A DNA stretch of 32,511 bases from an uncultured Gammaproteobacteria bacterium (lineage in GTDB: Bacteria; Patescibacteriota; Microgenomatia; Levybacterales; UBA12049), in the NCBI GenBank assembly GCA_964485315.1, contig CAZAIV010000113.1, forward strand, positions 1 through 32,511, given 5' to 3'. Shown one piece after another: positions 23,194-30,475 of the stretch; position 1 is the stretch's first letter; the number at the start of each line of letters is the position of its first letter. The position numbers and the translations under genes were made by a program. The notes under the pieces are model-generated. The model made no database searches and was not told where the DNA came from. It was given only the letters and a program-made list of their open reading frames with translations.

Positions 23194-26100
23194 TCAAGTT
23201 TCTTCTGCTTTTTCTTCTTTCCTTTCATCTTTTCTCAAAGAAGTACCGGCAGAGATCAAACTCTCCTGCTCCGTTGCCTGTTTTTCCATACTATCCAAAA
23301 CTGCCTTTGCCGCTTGTTTCTTCGCTTTGAGATACAGGATAGCTTCAGACAAAGAGAAGCCGCCCAACAGAAAGAAAGGCAGGATATCATTCACTTGTTT
23401 CATTCCTTGCTGTATACTTGCCTGATCATCACTGGATAATAAATCAATAGTACCGTCAATCGAACTTATTTCTTCTCCCAACCATTCTTTCCGATCTAAT
23501 GCGCCGGGAATTTCAGCTTTTTCGTAATTATCCTGCCACAAGTGTTTGATCGCTTCATAATCTTCAATGTTTACTGTTTGTATGGTATTTTTCTCCGGTA
23601 ATAGTGTTGTCGGCGGGGTAACAGGCACCGGATTAATGTCCTTTTGCTGTAAAACTTCTGCCAATTGTGATGCCAATACATTACCACTGCCTTTTTTACT
23701 AAGAATTTCTTCCAGCACATGTACGATCCTTTTATTCGTCATATCTGCGGTACGCAGCGAAAGAAGCATAATGGCCAGATAATTCCCTTTCTTTACCTCA
23801 TTTTGTATTTGCATAAGCAAATGTTTCAATACACTCAACGGAACAAGTGATTGCTTACTTGTTTCTACTGCCTGTAACAGTGTCTTTGCAAAAGAATTCT
23901 TAACTGATGCTTCCTGTTCTATCTCTTTGCGAATTATCTTGCATTGCTCTTGCATATGTACATTTTGTACCCGTGAGGGATCTGCGATATACTGCAAGAT
24001 AAGCTGAAGACTTGCTAAGCCGGTATCGTTGACATATTGCATAATCTTTTTCACACTTATTGCCACAGGATCCTGATTCTGTCCTTCCTTTTGTAATAAA
24101 TCATGTAAGCCTGTAATCACTTTACGTCGATCAGGATTGGCAATCAGGCTTGGCTCTGCCAGTTCCCGCAACAACTTCGCTACTGCCGCAGTTTCATGAG
24201 AATCGGGCGAAGCAGAAGCAGCGGTAATGTTTTCTGTTTTCAGAATTGCATCTGCTAATTCGTTCTTAGACCGTTGTCCTATCATCTCCTGAACAAACGC
24301 TGTTACTTTTTCAGCTGTATCCGAGTGATCAACCAACGAAAGTATTTTTTGTGCAAGAGGATTTCCGTTTCTTTCCTCTTCTTCAAGTCGTGTTCTGATT
24401 TGCGTATACTCCTCATACTTCGTTTGTGCTGTCTTATTGGTAATAGCAAGAATACTCGATGCTAAAGGGTTACCGATTTGGCTCTGTCTCTCCAATTCAT
24501 TTTTAATCTGCAAGAGGGGCTGTTGTTGAAAAATTTCTTGATGCGGATTGGCTAGTTTGGCTATAAGATCCTGTAATTCGGACGTGTCAATATTCGTCAA
24601 GGTATCAGCGGTTTGATAAATAATTGTCGCCAGTGGATTCGCTTTTTGATTTTCCTGAACAAGTTGATTATGAAGTAAAGTATACAACTCTCTTTCTCTT
24701 GAATCTGTCGCCGTCGACAAGTTCGTTATCGTCAATAACAACCTCTGTGTATCCTGTAGTTGTTTATCAGTAAGCGAAATGCTCGGTTGGACAAGTTGTG
24801 CCGCCTGTAAAATAGCTGTGGCAACTCCATTGCCTTCTTCTTTGGCAGTTTGCAAACGGGCACTAAGCATCACCGGTTTTTTCTGCGCAAGTGTTACAAG
24901 TGAGTCTTTTGTCTGTTTAAGCTGCAGAGGTACTGTCTGCTGCTTAGTAAGTTTTGCCGCTTCAAACTTAGCAATATCACGCATTGTTGGGAGAGTTATG
25001 TTGCTTAATGACAACAATTCCTTATCACCGGTTGATAATTTTATCTTAGGGAAAACCGTTTGTTGTCTTGATTGCATAATGGGTTCTGTTCCTGCAAAAG
25101 GTGCAGCAATATGTTCTTCCATCTGCATTGTCTGAGGTGTACTTGTTGTTTTCTTCTCCTCTATTATTGTTGTCTCTTCTTCATTCTCCGACCCGGCGAT
25201 CTGCTCAAGCACTTCTTTTCCTGCTTGCTGTTTAGCTTTAAGGTAAGCAATAATTTCTGTTTGTGAGAATCCGCCAATCAGCAAAAACGGTAAAATGCCG
25301 GAAACTTGCTGCATACCTTCAGAAATTTTCTGTTGATCAGAGGATGAGAGTAAATCAATAGTTTTATTAATCGTATCCGTATCCGATGAGATCCATGACC
25401 TACGATCTTTATTTGTTCCTTCAAGATTTTGGGGTACATCCATTTTTTGATAATTATCGACCCACATTTTCTTAACCGCTTCATAGTCTTCAATGCTGAC
25501 TGTTTGAATTCTATTCGTTAGCGGCAGAGCAGAAGGAGAGGATTCAGCCCTCACACCTTTTTCTGAGAAAAGTGATAAGATTTTTGTCGCGAGCATGTCG
25601 CCTTTTTGCTTTTCATTGGTTAATTTATGCAGTAATGATTGCACTTCTGCCGCAACGGTTTTTTTGTCTGTAGATTTTGAAAGAATATCCTTAGCCAGCT
25701 TATTTCCTTCCTTACTTCCTTGCTTTAATTGTTCTCGAACTTTTGTTAACGTGGCAATATCTGCCTCCTTGGTCTTAACAGGTTTCGCCGCAGTCAGAAT
25801 ACTCGTGGCTACCGGGTTACCTGCCTGGCTCTCTTTTGTTAGAGTGTCGCGTAACTGGGTGAATTCTTTCTGTTGTGATACATCTTTTATTGAGGATGGG
25901 TTAGCCAATTTCTCCAAAACTTGTGAGATGCTAGAAAGTTCTGTCTTGTTTAGAGTGTTCATCGTTGAAATAAACGTGTTAGCTGTTGTGTTTCCTTTCT
26001 CGCTCTCCTGCATGATTGTTTGTTTGAGTTCTGTAGCTTGCGCTCTCTCAGTTATCGATCGAGCTGATTCGGGATGATTAATCGTTTCTATCGCATTTTG

Positions 26101-27921
26101 TACTGAGGAAATATTTTTTTCTTGCAGAGAATGTACTCCTGTTATAGAGCTGACTGCTGATGACGAAGCCGCGTTAAGAATATTTTGCGCCAGTACATTA
26201 CCTCTTTGACTTTCTTTCTGCAGCCGTTCATGCACTGCATTAGCAGGATTGGCTATCCTCTCAAGGGACTGTTGAATACGGCTTGTTTCCTGCTGCTGAC
26301 TGCTACTGCTTGATGATAAGTTGTTTGTTTCAAATCTGGCGATATCGCGCATAGTAGGAACAGAAATATTCGCCAGTTGGAGCAATTCTGCATTAACACG
26401 TGCCGGTATCTGAAGAGCCTCACCTGTTTTGGTTGGCAACGGCATAGCTATAGCAGCATCATAAGGTAATGACTTAGCCAAACCCGTTGGTTGATATTTT
26501 CCGGGCGGGGGATAACCCGGAGGCGGAGGATAAGACGGCGATGAACTTGGTGATGGTGGTTTTTTTAAGAAAGATGAACTTTTATTATATATTTGCTGCA
26601 TCCATGTCGATTCATTCAATGATACCGTATTCATATAATCCAGGAATATTTGTAAAAGAATGAACGGAAGAATGATGATAATCCAAAGCATGATCAATGC
26701 AACGACGTATTCGGCGTATGTCTCGACATAATTGACACTGTTATCTAAACTAACGTTTTGTTTCGGCGCGCCAAGCTCGATATTAATAGCAGTTGGAAAT
26801 CTTTCCAAAAGATACTCCGGATTGAGCGCAGAAAGTTCAGACGGAGATTTTCCCTTCACATCATTCGTGGTGTAATTATATTTTGTAAAATTTGAGTCAT
26901 CAGTGCCTTTATAGAGATAATTTGAAAAATTCAAAGGAATAGATGATGTCCATAATGAGACAAGACCTGCTAAGAAAATTGCGAAAAGAGGAGCATACAT
27001 AAGCCATCGAAAAAATTCTCCGATCCAGATTTTCCCTGTATTCCGAACCGGTTTATAGAGTAAAAGAAGAGGGAAAACAGGAGACAGAATGATGAAGAAC
27101 CAGAGAATAATTTTTCGTACGGTAAGGATGCCGAACATGACATAATAGGTCAGTGCGGTAAGTTTCACAAGTAAAAGAGACATGAAGGCAGATTCCGTGT
27201 ATGCGTCTCCTGACAGCCGAAGACCGACGAACGATATATAATTCCACCCGACATACAGAAGATCCTTCTGGGAAATATTTTCTCCGGCATACGTCGGACT
27301 TTTCAGAAAGAAGAGTTGTATAAGATCGCCTACTTGGTAAAGAAATTGAATAAGATAAAACGAGAAAGTAACCAATAAGGCAATAGCAATAAATCGGGGA
27401 ATGAATCGTTTAACGGTAATGCTTCTCCCGCGGGTCGCGATCAGGACAAATGCAGTGACGAGAACGAAAAGGACAAGCATCGCGTAGACGATATTTCGTA
27501 TGATCGTCCAGAAAGGAAGAAGCGGATTCTGTGCGGCTGCATTATTCGCGCCGAAAGGGAGATAGACCCACTGATAGTTTGATTTATCCAGAGTCCAGTC
27601 AAGAAGAAGCCCTGCTCTTGCTGCATTTTGCCCGACAAACTGCACTTCTGGATCCGGCACCCAGGTGCCGCCCCCGGCAATACTCTTCAACGTCTGCGTT
27701 GCATCCGGCACACAACAGACATCACCACTACCACAACTCAAACTTCCATTTACCACGGTATTCGGATTCGCAGAGCATGCATTTGCACCCGCGGGGACAC
27801 AAATTCCATTATTACTTGGATCAATACAATCTGATGATGCAGCAAATCCTTTAGCTATAGAAACCTGAAATAAAATAACTAATACTGCAATATCTAAAAT
27901 AATGAGCAGGACTCTTCTCAT
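23194..27921 (-). CDS. Giant (1,575-aa) polytopic membrane protein: signal peptide, 6-Cys module, ~6-TM domain, Pro-rich linker, then two repeat-bearing modules
   Basis: It is an uninterrupted ORF starting 7 nt after the pilin-like gene.
- aa 1-23: signal-like segment.
- aa 32-71: Cys module.
- Hydrophobic helices at about aa 141-162, 175-196, 244-268, 270-289, 303-325 and 403-428.
- PPSPSSSPSYPPPPGYPPPG at nt ~26482-26559.
- The tail carries 14 copies of a (Q/E)x(G/N)NxLAxxIL motif and two copies of a ~100-aa terminal domain.

The VirB6/TrbL-like assignment is inferred from topology and from the neighbouring pilin gene only. Confidence 0.85.
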   Translation of the reverse strand: MRRVLLIILDIAVLVILFQVSIAKGFAASSDCIDPSNNGICVPAGANACSANPNTVVNGSLSCGSGDVCCVPDATQTLKSIAGGGTWVPDPEVQFVGQNAARAGLLLDWTLDKSNYQWVYLPFGANNAAAQNPLLPFWTIIRNIVYAMLVLFVLVTAFVLIATRGRSITVKRFIPRFIAIALLVTFSFYLIQFLYQVGDLIQLFFLKSPTYAGENISQKDLLYVGWNYISFVGLRLSGDAYTESAFMSLLLVKLTALTYYVMFGILTVRKIILWFFIILSPVFPLLLLYKPVRNTGKIWIGEFFRWLMYAPLFAIFLAGLVSLWTSSIPLNFSNYLYKGTDDSNFTKYNYTTNDVKGKSPSELSALNPEYLLERFPTAINIELGAPKQNVSLDNSVNYVETYAEYVVALIMLWIIIILPFILLQIFLDYMNTVSLNESTWMQQIYNKSSSFLKKPPSPSSSPSYPPPPGYPPPGKYQPTGLAKSLPYDAAIAMPLPTKTGEALQIPARVNAELLQLANISVPTMRDIARFETNNLSSSSSSQQQETSRIQQSLERIANPANAVHERLQKESQRGNVLAQNILNAASSSAVSSITGVHSLQEKNISSVQNAIETINHPESARSITERAQATELKQTIMQESEKGNTTANTFISTMNTLNKTELSSISQVLEKLANPSSIKDVSQQKEFTQLRDTLTKESQAGNPVATSILTAAKPVKTKEADIATLTKVREQLKQGSKEGNKLAKDILSKSTDKKTVAAEVQSLLHKLTNEKQKGDMLATKILSLFSEKGVRAESSPSALPLTNRIQTVSIEDYEAVKKMWVDNYQKMDVPQNLEGTNKDRRSWISSDTDTINKTIDLLSSSDQQKISEGMQQVSGILPFLLIGGFSQTEIIAYLKAKQQAGKEVLEQIAGSENEEETTIIEEKKTTSTPQTMQMEEHIAAPFAGTEPIMQSRQQTVFPKIKLSTGDKELLSLSNITLPTMRDIAKFEAAKLTKQQTVPLQLKQTKDSLVTLAQKKPVMLSARLQTAKEEGNGVATAILQAAQLVQPSISLTDKQLQDTQRLLLTITNLSTATDSRERELYTLLHNQLVQENQKANPLATIIYQTADTLTNIDTSELQDLIAKLANPHQEIFQQQPLLQIKNELERQSQIGNPLASSILAITNKTAQTKYEEYTQIRTRLEEEERNGNPLAQKILSLVDHSDTAEKVTAFVQEMIGQRSKNELADAILKTENITAASASPDSHETAAVAKLLRELAEPSLIANPDRRKVITGLHDLLQKEGQNQDPVAISVKKIMQYVNDTGLASLQLILQYIADPSRVQNVHMQEQCKIIRKEIEQEASVKNSFAKTLLQAVETSKQSLVPLSVLKHLLMQIQNEVKKGNYLAIMLLSLRTADMTNKRIVHVLEEILSKKGSGNVLASQLAEVLQQKDINPVPVTPPTTLLPEKNTIQTVNIEDYEAIKHLWQDNYEKAEIPGALDRKEWLGEEISSIDGTIDLLSSDDQASIQQGMKQVNDILPFFLLGGFSLSEAILYLKAKKQAAKAVLDSMEKQATEQESLISAGTSLRKDERKEEKAEET
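23293..23583 (-). repeat. Intragenic protein-level repeat: C-terminal domain copy 2 of the giant protein
   Basis: aa 1447-1543: IQTVNIEDYEAIKHLWQDNYEKAEIPGALDRKEWLGEEISSIDGTIDLLSSDDQASIQQGMKQVNDILPFFLLGGFSLSEAILYLKAKKQAAKAVLD. It aligns with copy 1 at roughly half identical residues. Confidence 0.8.
25204..25509 (-). repeat. Intragenic protein-level repeat: C-terminal domain copy 1 of the giant protein
   Basis: aa 805-906: IQTVSIEDYEAVKKMWVDNYQKMDVPQNLEGTNKDRRSWISSDTDTINKTIDLLSSSDQQKISEGMQQVSGILPFLLIGGFSQTEIIAYLKAKQQAGKEVLE. Confidence 0.8.
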
Positions 27922-27928
27922 ACAAATA

Positions 27929-28486
27929 TTATGCGCTAAAACCCGGAATTTTCAAAATATCGACCAATACGAGTTGGATAAAAACATAACCGAAAATTGC
28001 GAGCAATAGTCCTGCGATGGCATAATAGAGATAGCTCTTTCCTGTCTGTAATTTCAGCGGATCGCCCTGCGACGTAAGGACAGTATATCCGCCGTAAATA
28101 ATGAATGCCACAGATAAAGCGCCTATGAAACCCAAACCTATACCGTAGAACTGTCCCGCGAACGCGACGGGATCACTCGGTATACACCCAAACTCTGTAA
28201 CTACTCCATCCGTTCCGTTTGGTAATGTGCAAGCCCCTGCATTCGTAGTATTTGCAGAAGCACCTGCTACGCAACATATCCATGTCGTTCCACCACCAAC
28301 TGGACACGAAGCATCACCTGAAGCTTGGTGAGTACCTGTGCCTGCAGGACAAGCTCCACCACTAGCTGCTTGACATGAACCAACGGGAGCAGCCGGACAA
28401 GCCAGTGCGTATGCATTCTCCTTAGCTAAAAAAAAACTAACAATTAAAAAAAGGATAAGAAAATTATTCCAAAGAAATTTTTTCAT
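27929..28486 (-). CDS. Secreted Cys-rich TrbC/VirB2-like (T4SS-pilin-type) protein
   Basis: 185-aa ORF. The signal peptide is MKKFLWNNFLILFLIVSFFLAKENAYA. An 8-Cys Gly/Ala-rich region follows. The C-terminal hairpin has two hydrophobic helices (FYGIGLGFIGALSVAFIIYGGYTVL and YLYYAIAGLLLAIFGYVFIQLVLV) joined by a short polar loop (TSQGDPLKLQTGKS). This is the layout I remember for VirB2/TrbC and for the CPR 'T4SS pilin' family. Confidence 0.7.
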   Translation of the reverse strand: MKKFLWNNFLILFLIVSFFLAKENAYALACPAAPVGSCQAASGGACPAGTGTHQASGDASCPVGGGTTWICCVAGASANTTNAGACTLPNGTDGVVTEFGCIPSDPVAFAGQFYGIGLGFIGALSVAFIIYGGYTVLTSQGDPLKLQTGKSYLYYAIAGLLLAIFGYVFIQLVLVDILKIPGFSA

Positions 28487-28488
28487 CT

Positions 28489-28875
28489 TTACTTTAAATA
28501 CACATATTGAGCACTCACAACTCCTGATACGCCTTGAAATTTATCAATCCATTTTTGTTCATCGCCAGGCGGCACATCGACTTGATACACAGTGATAGTG
28601 CCTGAGGATTCGCTCTGTATTAATTGGAAAGGGAGGTTAAATGTCGTTAAAACATTGATGTCTTCATTTGGATACGTCACATTAAATGTGACAATAATTT
28701 GACCTCTTGCGTATGTACCCTGATTTTGCAAAAAGATGCCGTTTTTAGTAATCACAAAACTCTTATCCAACCATGCCACGTATGCAGCATAAATGAGGAG
28801 AAGAAGAAAAACGACAATAAGAAAAACTGTTGCAAGATGTGTCGTAACATAAGAAATAATATTTCTCTTGTTCAT
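28489..28875 (-). CDS. N-terminally TM-anchored small alpha/beta protein (128 aa), first gene of the cluster; paralog of 29062-29448
   Basis: One TM helix (LATVFLIVVFLLLLIYAAYVAW) is followed by a ~85-aa domain ending VDVPPGDEQKWIDKFQGVSGVVSAQYVYL. There is a possible resemblance to the subtilisin-propeptide/I9-like beta-alpha-beta fold, which is inference only. Confidence 0.6.
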   Translation of the reverse strand: MNKRNIISYVTTHLATVFLIVVFLLLLIYAAYVAWLDKSFVITKNGIFLQNQGTYARGQIIVTFNVTYPNEDINVLTTFNLPFQLIQSESSGTITVYQVDVPPGDEQKWIDKFQGVSGVVSAQYVYLK

Positions 28876-28905
28876 ACAATCAATAATTTATGAGAGGTTC
28901 CAAGA

Positions 28906-28933
28906 ATAATACAGTATTTCTATGTATTTTCAA
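28906..28933 (-). promoter_or_regulatory. Sigma70-like promoter candidate for the eight-gene cluster
   Basis: Read on the minus strand: TTGAAA (28933-28928), a 16-nt spacer, then TATTAT (28911-28906). A 30-nt leader runs to the ATG at 28875. Confidence 0.35.
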
Positions 28934-29026
28934 CAAGACCTACCCTACCACATCATTGGCTAGGGCAAAATACCCCTCATGATATTAAAACTAGCAGACT
29001 TGGAGAGAAAAAACAATATTCTCTCG

Positions 29027-29055
29027 TTGCACTCCGGCACAATTTTCGATACTAT
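29027..29055 (+). promoter_or_regulatory. Sigma70-like promoter candidate for the divergent paralog (near-leaderless)
   Basis: TTGCAC (29027-29032), a 17-nt spacer, then TACTAT (29050-29055). The ATG at 29062 is only 6 nt downstream. A GAGAGAA/TTCTCTC hairpin lies just upstream (about 29003-29025). Confidence 0.35.
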
Positions 29056-29061
29056 GACAAT

Positions 29062-29448
29062 ATGCCGATTACGCTTCCCTCAGAAAAACCGAAAAGAAAA
29101 ATTTCCCTCATTTCCATTGGGCTTGGAGTCATACTTCTGGTACTGCTTGGCCTGACTTCATATCAATTCCTTTCCGTATCGTTTATCAACCTGCATTTAC
29201 CCGTAGGCGGACCGCCGGCAAATTATGTAAAAGGCGGTGTGATTGTGGTCGTGAAAGCGAATAGCTATGAGGAAGCTTCTGCTGTCATTGAGAAATATAC
29301 AAAGAGTTATTACGAATTGGTAACTAATAACGGGGACAATTATAAAATCGGTGTGGATGTCCCGGTTGGACAGGAGCAAACGTGGATTGAAAAATTCTTA
29401 AAAGATCCTGCAGTCCTTGATGCGAGATATCAACTCCCGACCGATTAA
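29062..29448 (+). CDS. N-terminally TM-anchored small alpha/beta protein (128 aa), paralog of 28489-28875
   Basis: It has the same length and layout as its paralog. YVKGGVIVVVKANSYEEASAVIEKY...VDVPVGQEQTWIEKFLKDPAVLDARYQL aligns with YARGQIIVTFNVTYPNEDINVL...VDVPPGDEQKWIDKFQGVSGVVSAQYVYL. Confidence 0.6.
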   Translation: MPITLPSEKPKRKISLISIGLGVILLVLLGLTSYQFLSVSFINLHLPVGGPPANYVKGGVIVVVKANSYEEASAVIEKYTKSYYELVTNNGDNYKIGVDVPVGQEQTWIEKFLKDPAVLDARYQLPTD

Positions 29449-29450
29449 CT

Positions 29451-30350
29451 TTAGAACCACTTGCTTCCGCTTTTTTCTTCAGAGCTGTCAAATTGCTCCA
29501 GTAATTCTTTCTGTCGACCTGTGACATGCTTTGGGACTACAACCTTTACCTTCATATAATGATCGCCATGACCATTGGAATGGATCCGTTGCACACCTTT
29601 CCCGCTTAGGCGAATCAATGTGCCGGGCTGTGTGCCCGGGGGAATACGGATAGTTACTGTGTCGCTGATTGTTTGCACGTCAAGCTGTGTACCCAAGACC
29701 GCTTGAGGAAAAGTAATCTCTTCTTCAGTTATGATATCTGCTCCTTCACGCTGAAAATGTTTATCGGGAATAACCTCTACCACGATATCATACGTGTCAA
29801 ATCTGACCCGTGAGCCGCTATCGACACCTGCCGGAATTTTGATTTTCTGCTTTTTCCCCTCAATCGTTACCTCTTTCTCAACTCCTTTTACCGCTTCCTG
29901 AAAAGAAAGTGTTAATGAATAGACTGACCGGCGGGGACGTCTCGAGGCGCCGCCGCTGAAGAATTGTTCGAAAATATCAAACGGATCTGAAAATCCGCCG
30001 AAGTCGAAATCCTGCGCGTTTCCATTCGTCGTATAGGTATACCTGAATGGACCGCTTTGCCCGGAAAACGGATTCCCTCCAAATGGTCCACCCGCGCCGC
30101 CAAAAGGGCCGCCTGCGCCACCTTGTTCAAATGCCGCCGCGCCGAACTGATCATACGTTTGTCTCTTCTGCGGATCACCCAGAACTTCGTACGCTTTATT
30201 AATTTCTTTGAATTTTTCCTCTGCTTCTTTCGTTTTGTTTCTGTCGGGATGATACTGCAGCGCAAGTTTTCGATACGAACGTTTGATCTCATCCGCACTT
30301 GCAGACTTCGAAACGCCGAGAATGGAATAATAATCTGTATTTGTTGACAT
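29451..30350 (-). CDS. dnaJ: DnaJ-family co-chaperone, class II/CbpA-like (no zinc-finger domain)
   Basis: 299-aa ORF. It has a canonical J-domain (DYYSILGVSKSASADEIKRSYRKLALQYHPDRN), a G/F-rich linker and two C-terminal beta-domains. There are no CxxCxGxG repeats. Confidence 0.9.
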   Translation of the reverse strand: MSTNTDYYSILGVSKSASADEIKRSYRKLALQYHPDRNKTKEAEEKFKEINKAYEVLGDPQKRQTYDQFGAAAFEQGGAGGPFGGAGGPFGGNPFSGQSGPFRYTYTTNGNAQDFDFGGFSDPFDIFEQFFSGGASRRPRRSVYSLTLSFQEAVKGVEKEVTIEGKKQKIKIPAGVDSGSRVRFDTYDIVVEVIPDKHFQREGADIITEEEITFPQAVLGTQLDVQTISDTVTIRIPPGTQPGTLIRLSGKGVQRIHSNGHGDHYMKVKVVVPKHVTGRQKELLEQFDSSEEKSGSKWF

Positions 30351-30360
30351 AATGGTCTAC

Positions 30361-30383
30361 AAAAAAAGCGCATCTATTGCGCT
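30361..30383 (-). terminator. Weak stem-loop plus U7 tract between dnaK and dnaJ (possible attenuating terminator)
   Basis: The minus strand reads AAAGCGC-AAUAGAU-GCGCUUUUUUU (5-bp stem AGCGC/GCGCU). It ends 10 nt before the dnaJ ATG (30350). Confidence 0.4.
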
Positions 30384-30388
30384 TTAAT

Positions 30389-30475
30389 TTAGAATCTAGA
30401 ATTCATAATTCAGAATAAATTTAGAATTATAAATTCTTAACTCAATTTTGAATTCTGAATTCTACACTCTGAATT
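30389..30475. repeat. Cluster of (T/C)(T/A)AGAAT and TGAATTC short repeats in the dnaK-dnaJ spacer
   Basis: TTAGAA at 30389 and 30421, CTAGAA at 30396, TCAGAA at 30410. GAATTC at 30450 and 30457, and GAATT at 30471. Confidence 0.5.

Noticed and set aside
23194-26400. The repeated segments in the giant gene considered as a CRISPR array or a DGR template/variable repeat pair.
   Set aside because: The repeats exist only at protein level inside one continuous ORF. The DNA copies are strongly diverged at all base types, not adenine-specific. No reverse transcriptase, cas gene or spacer-like unique inserts are present.
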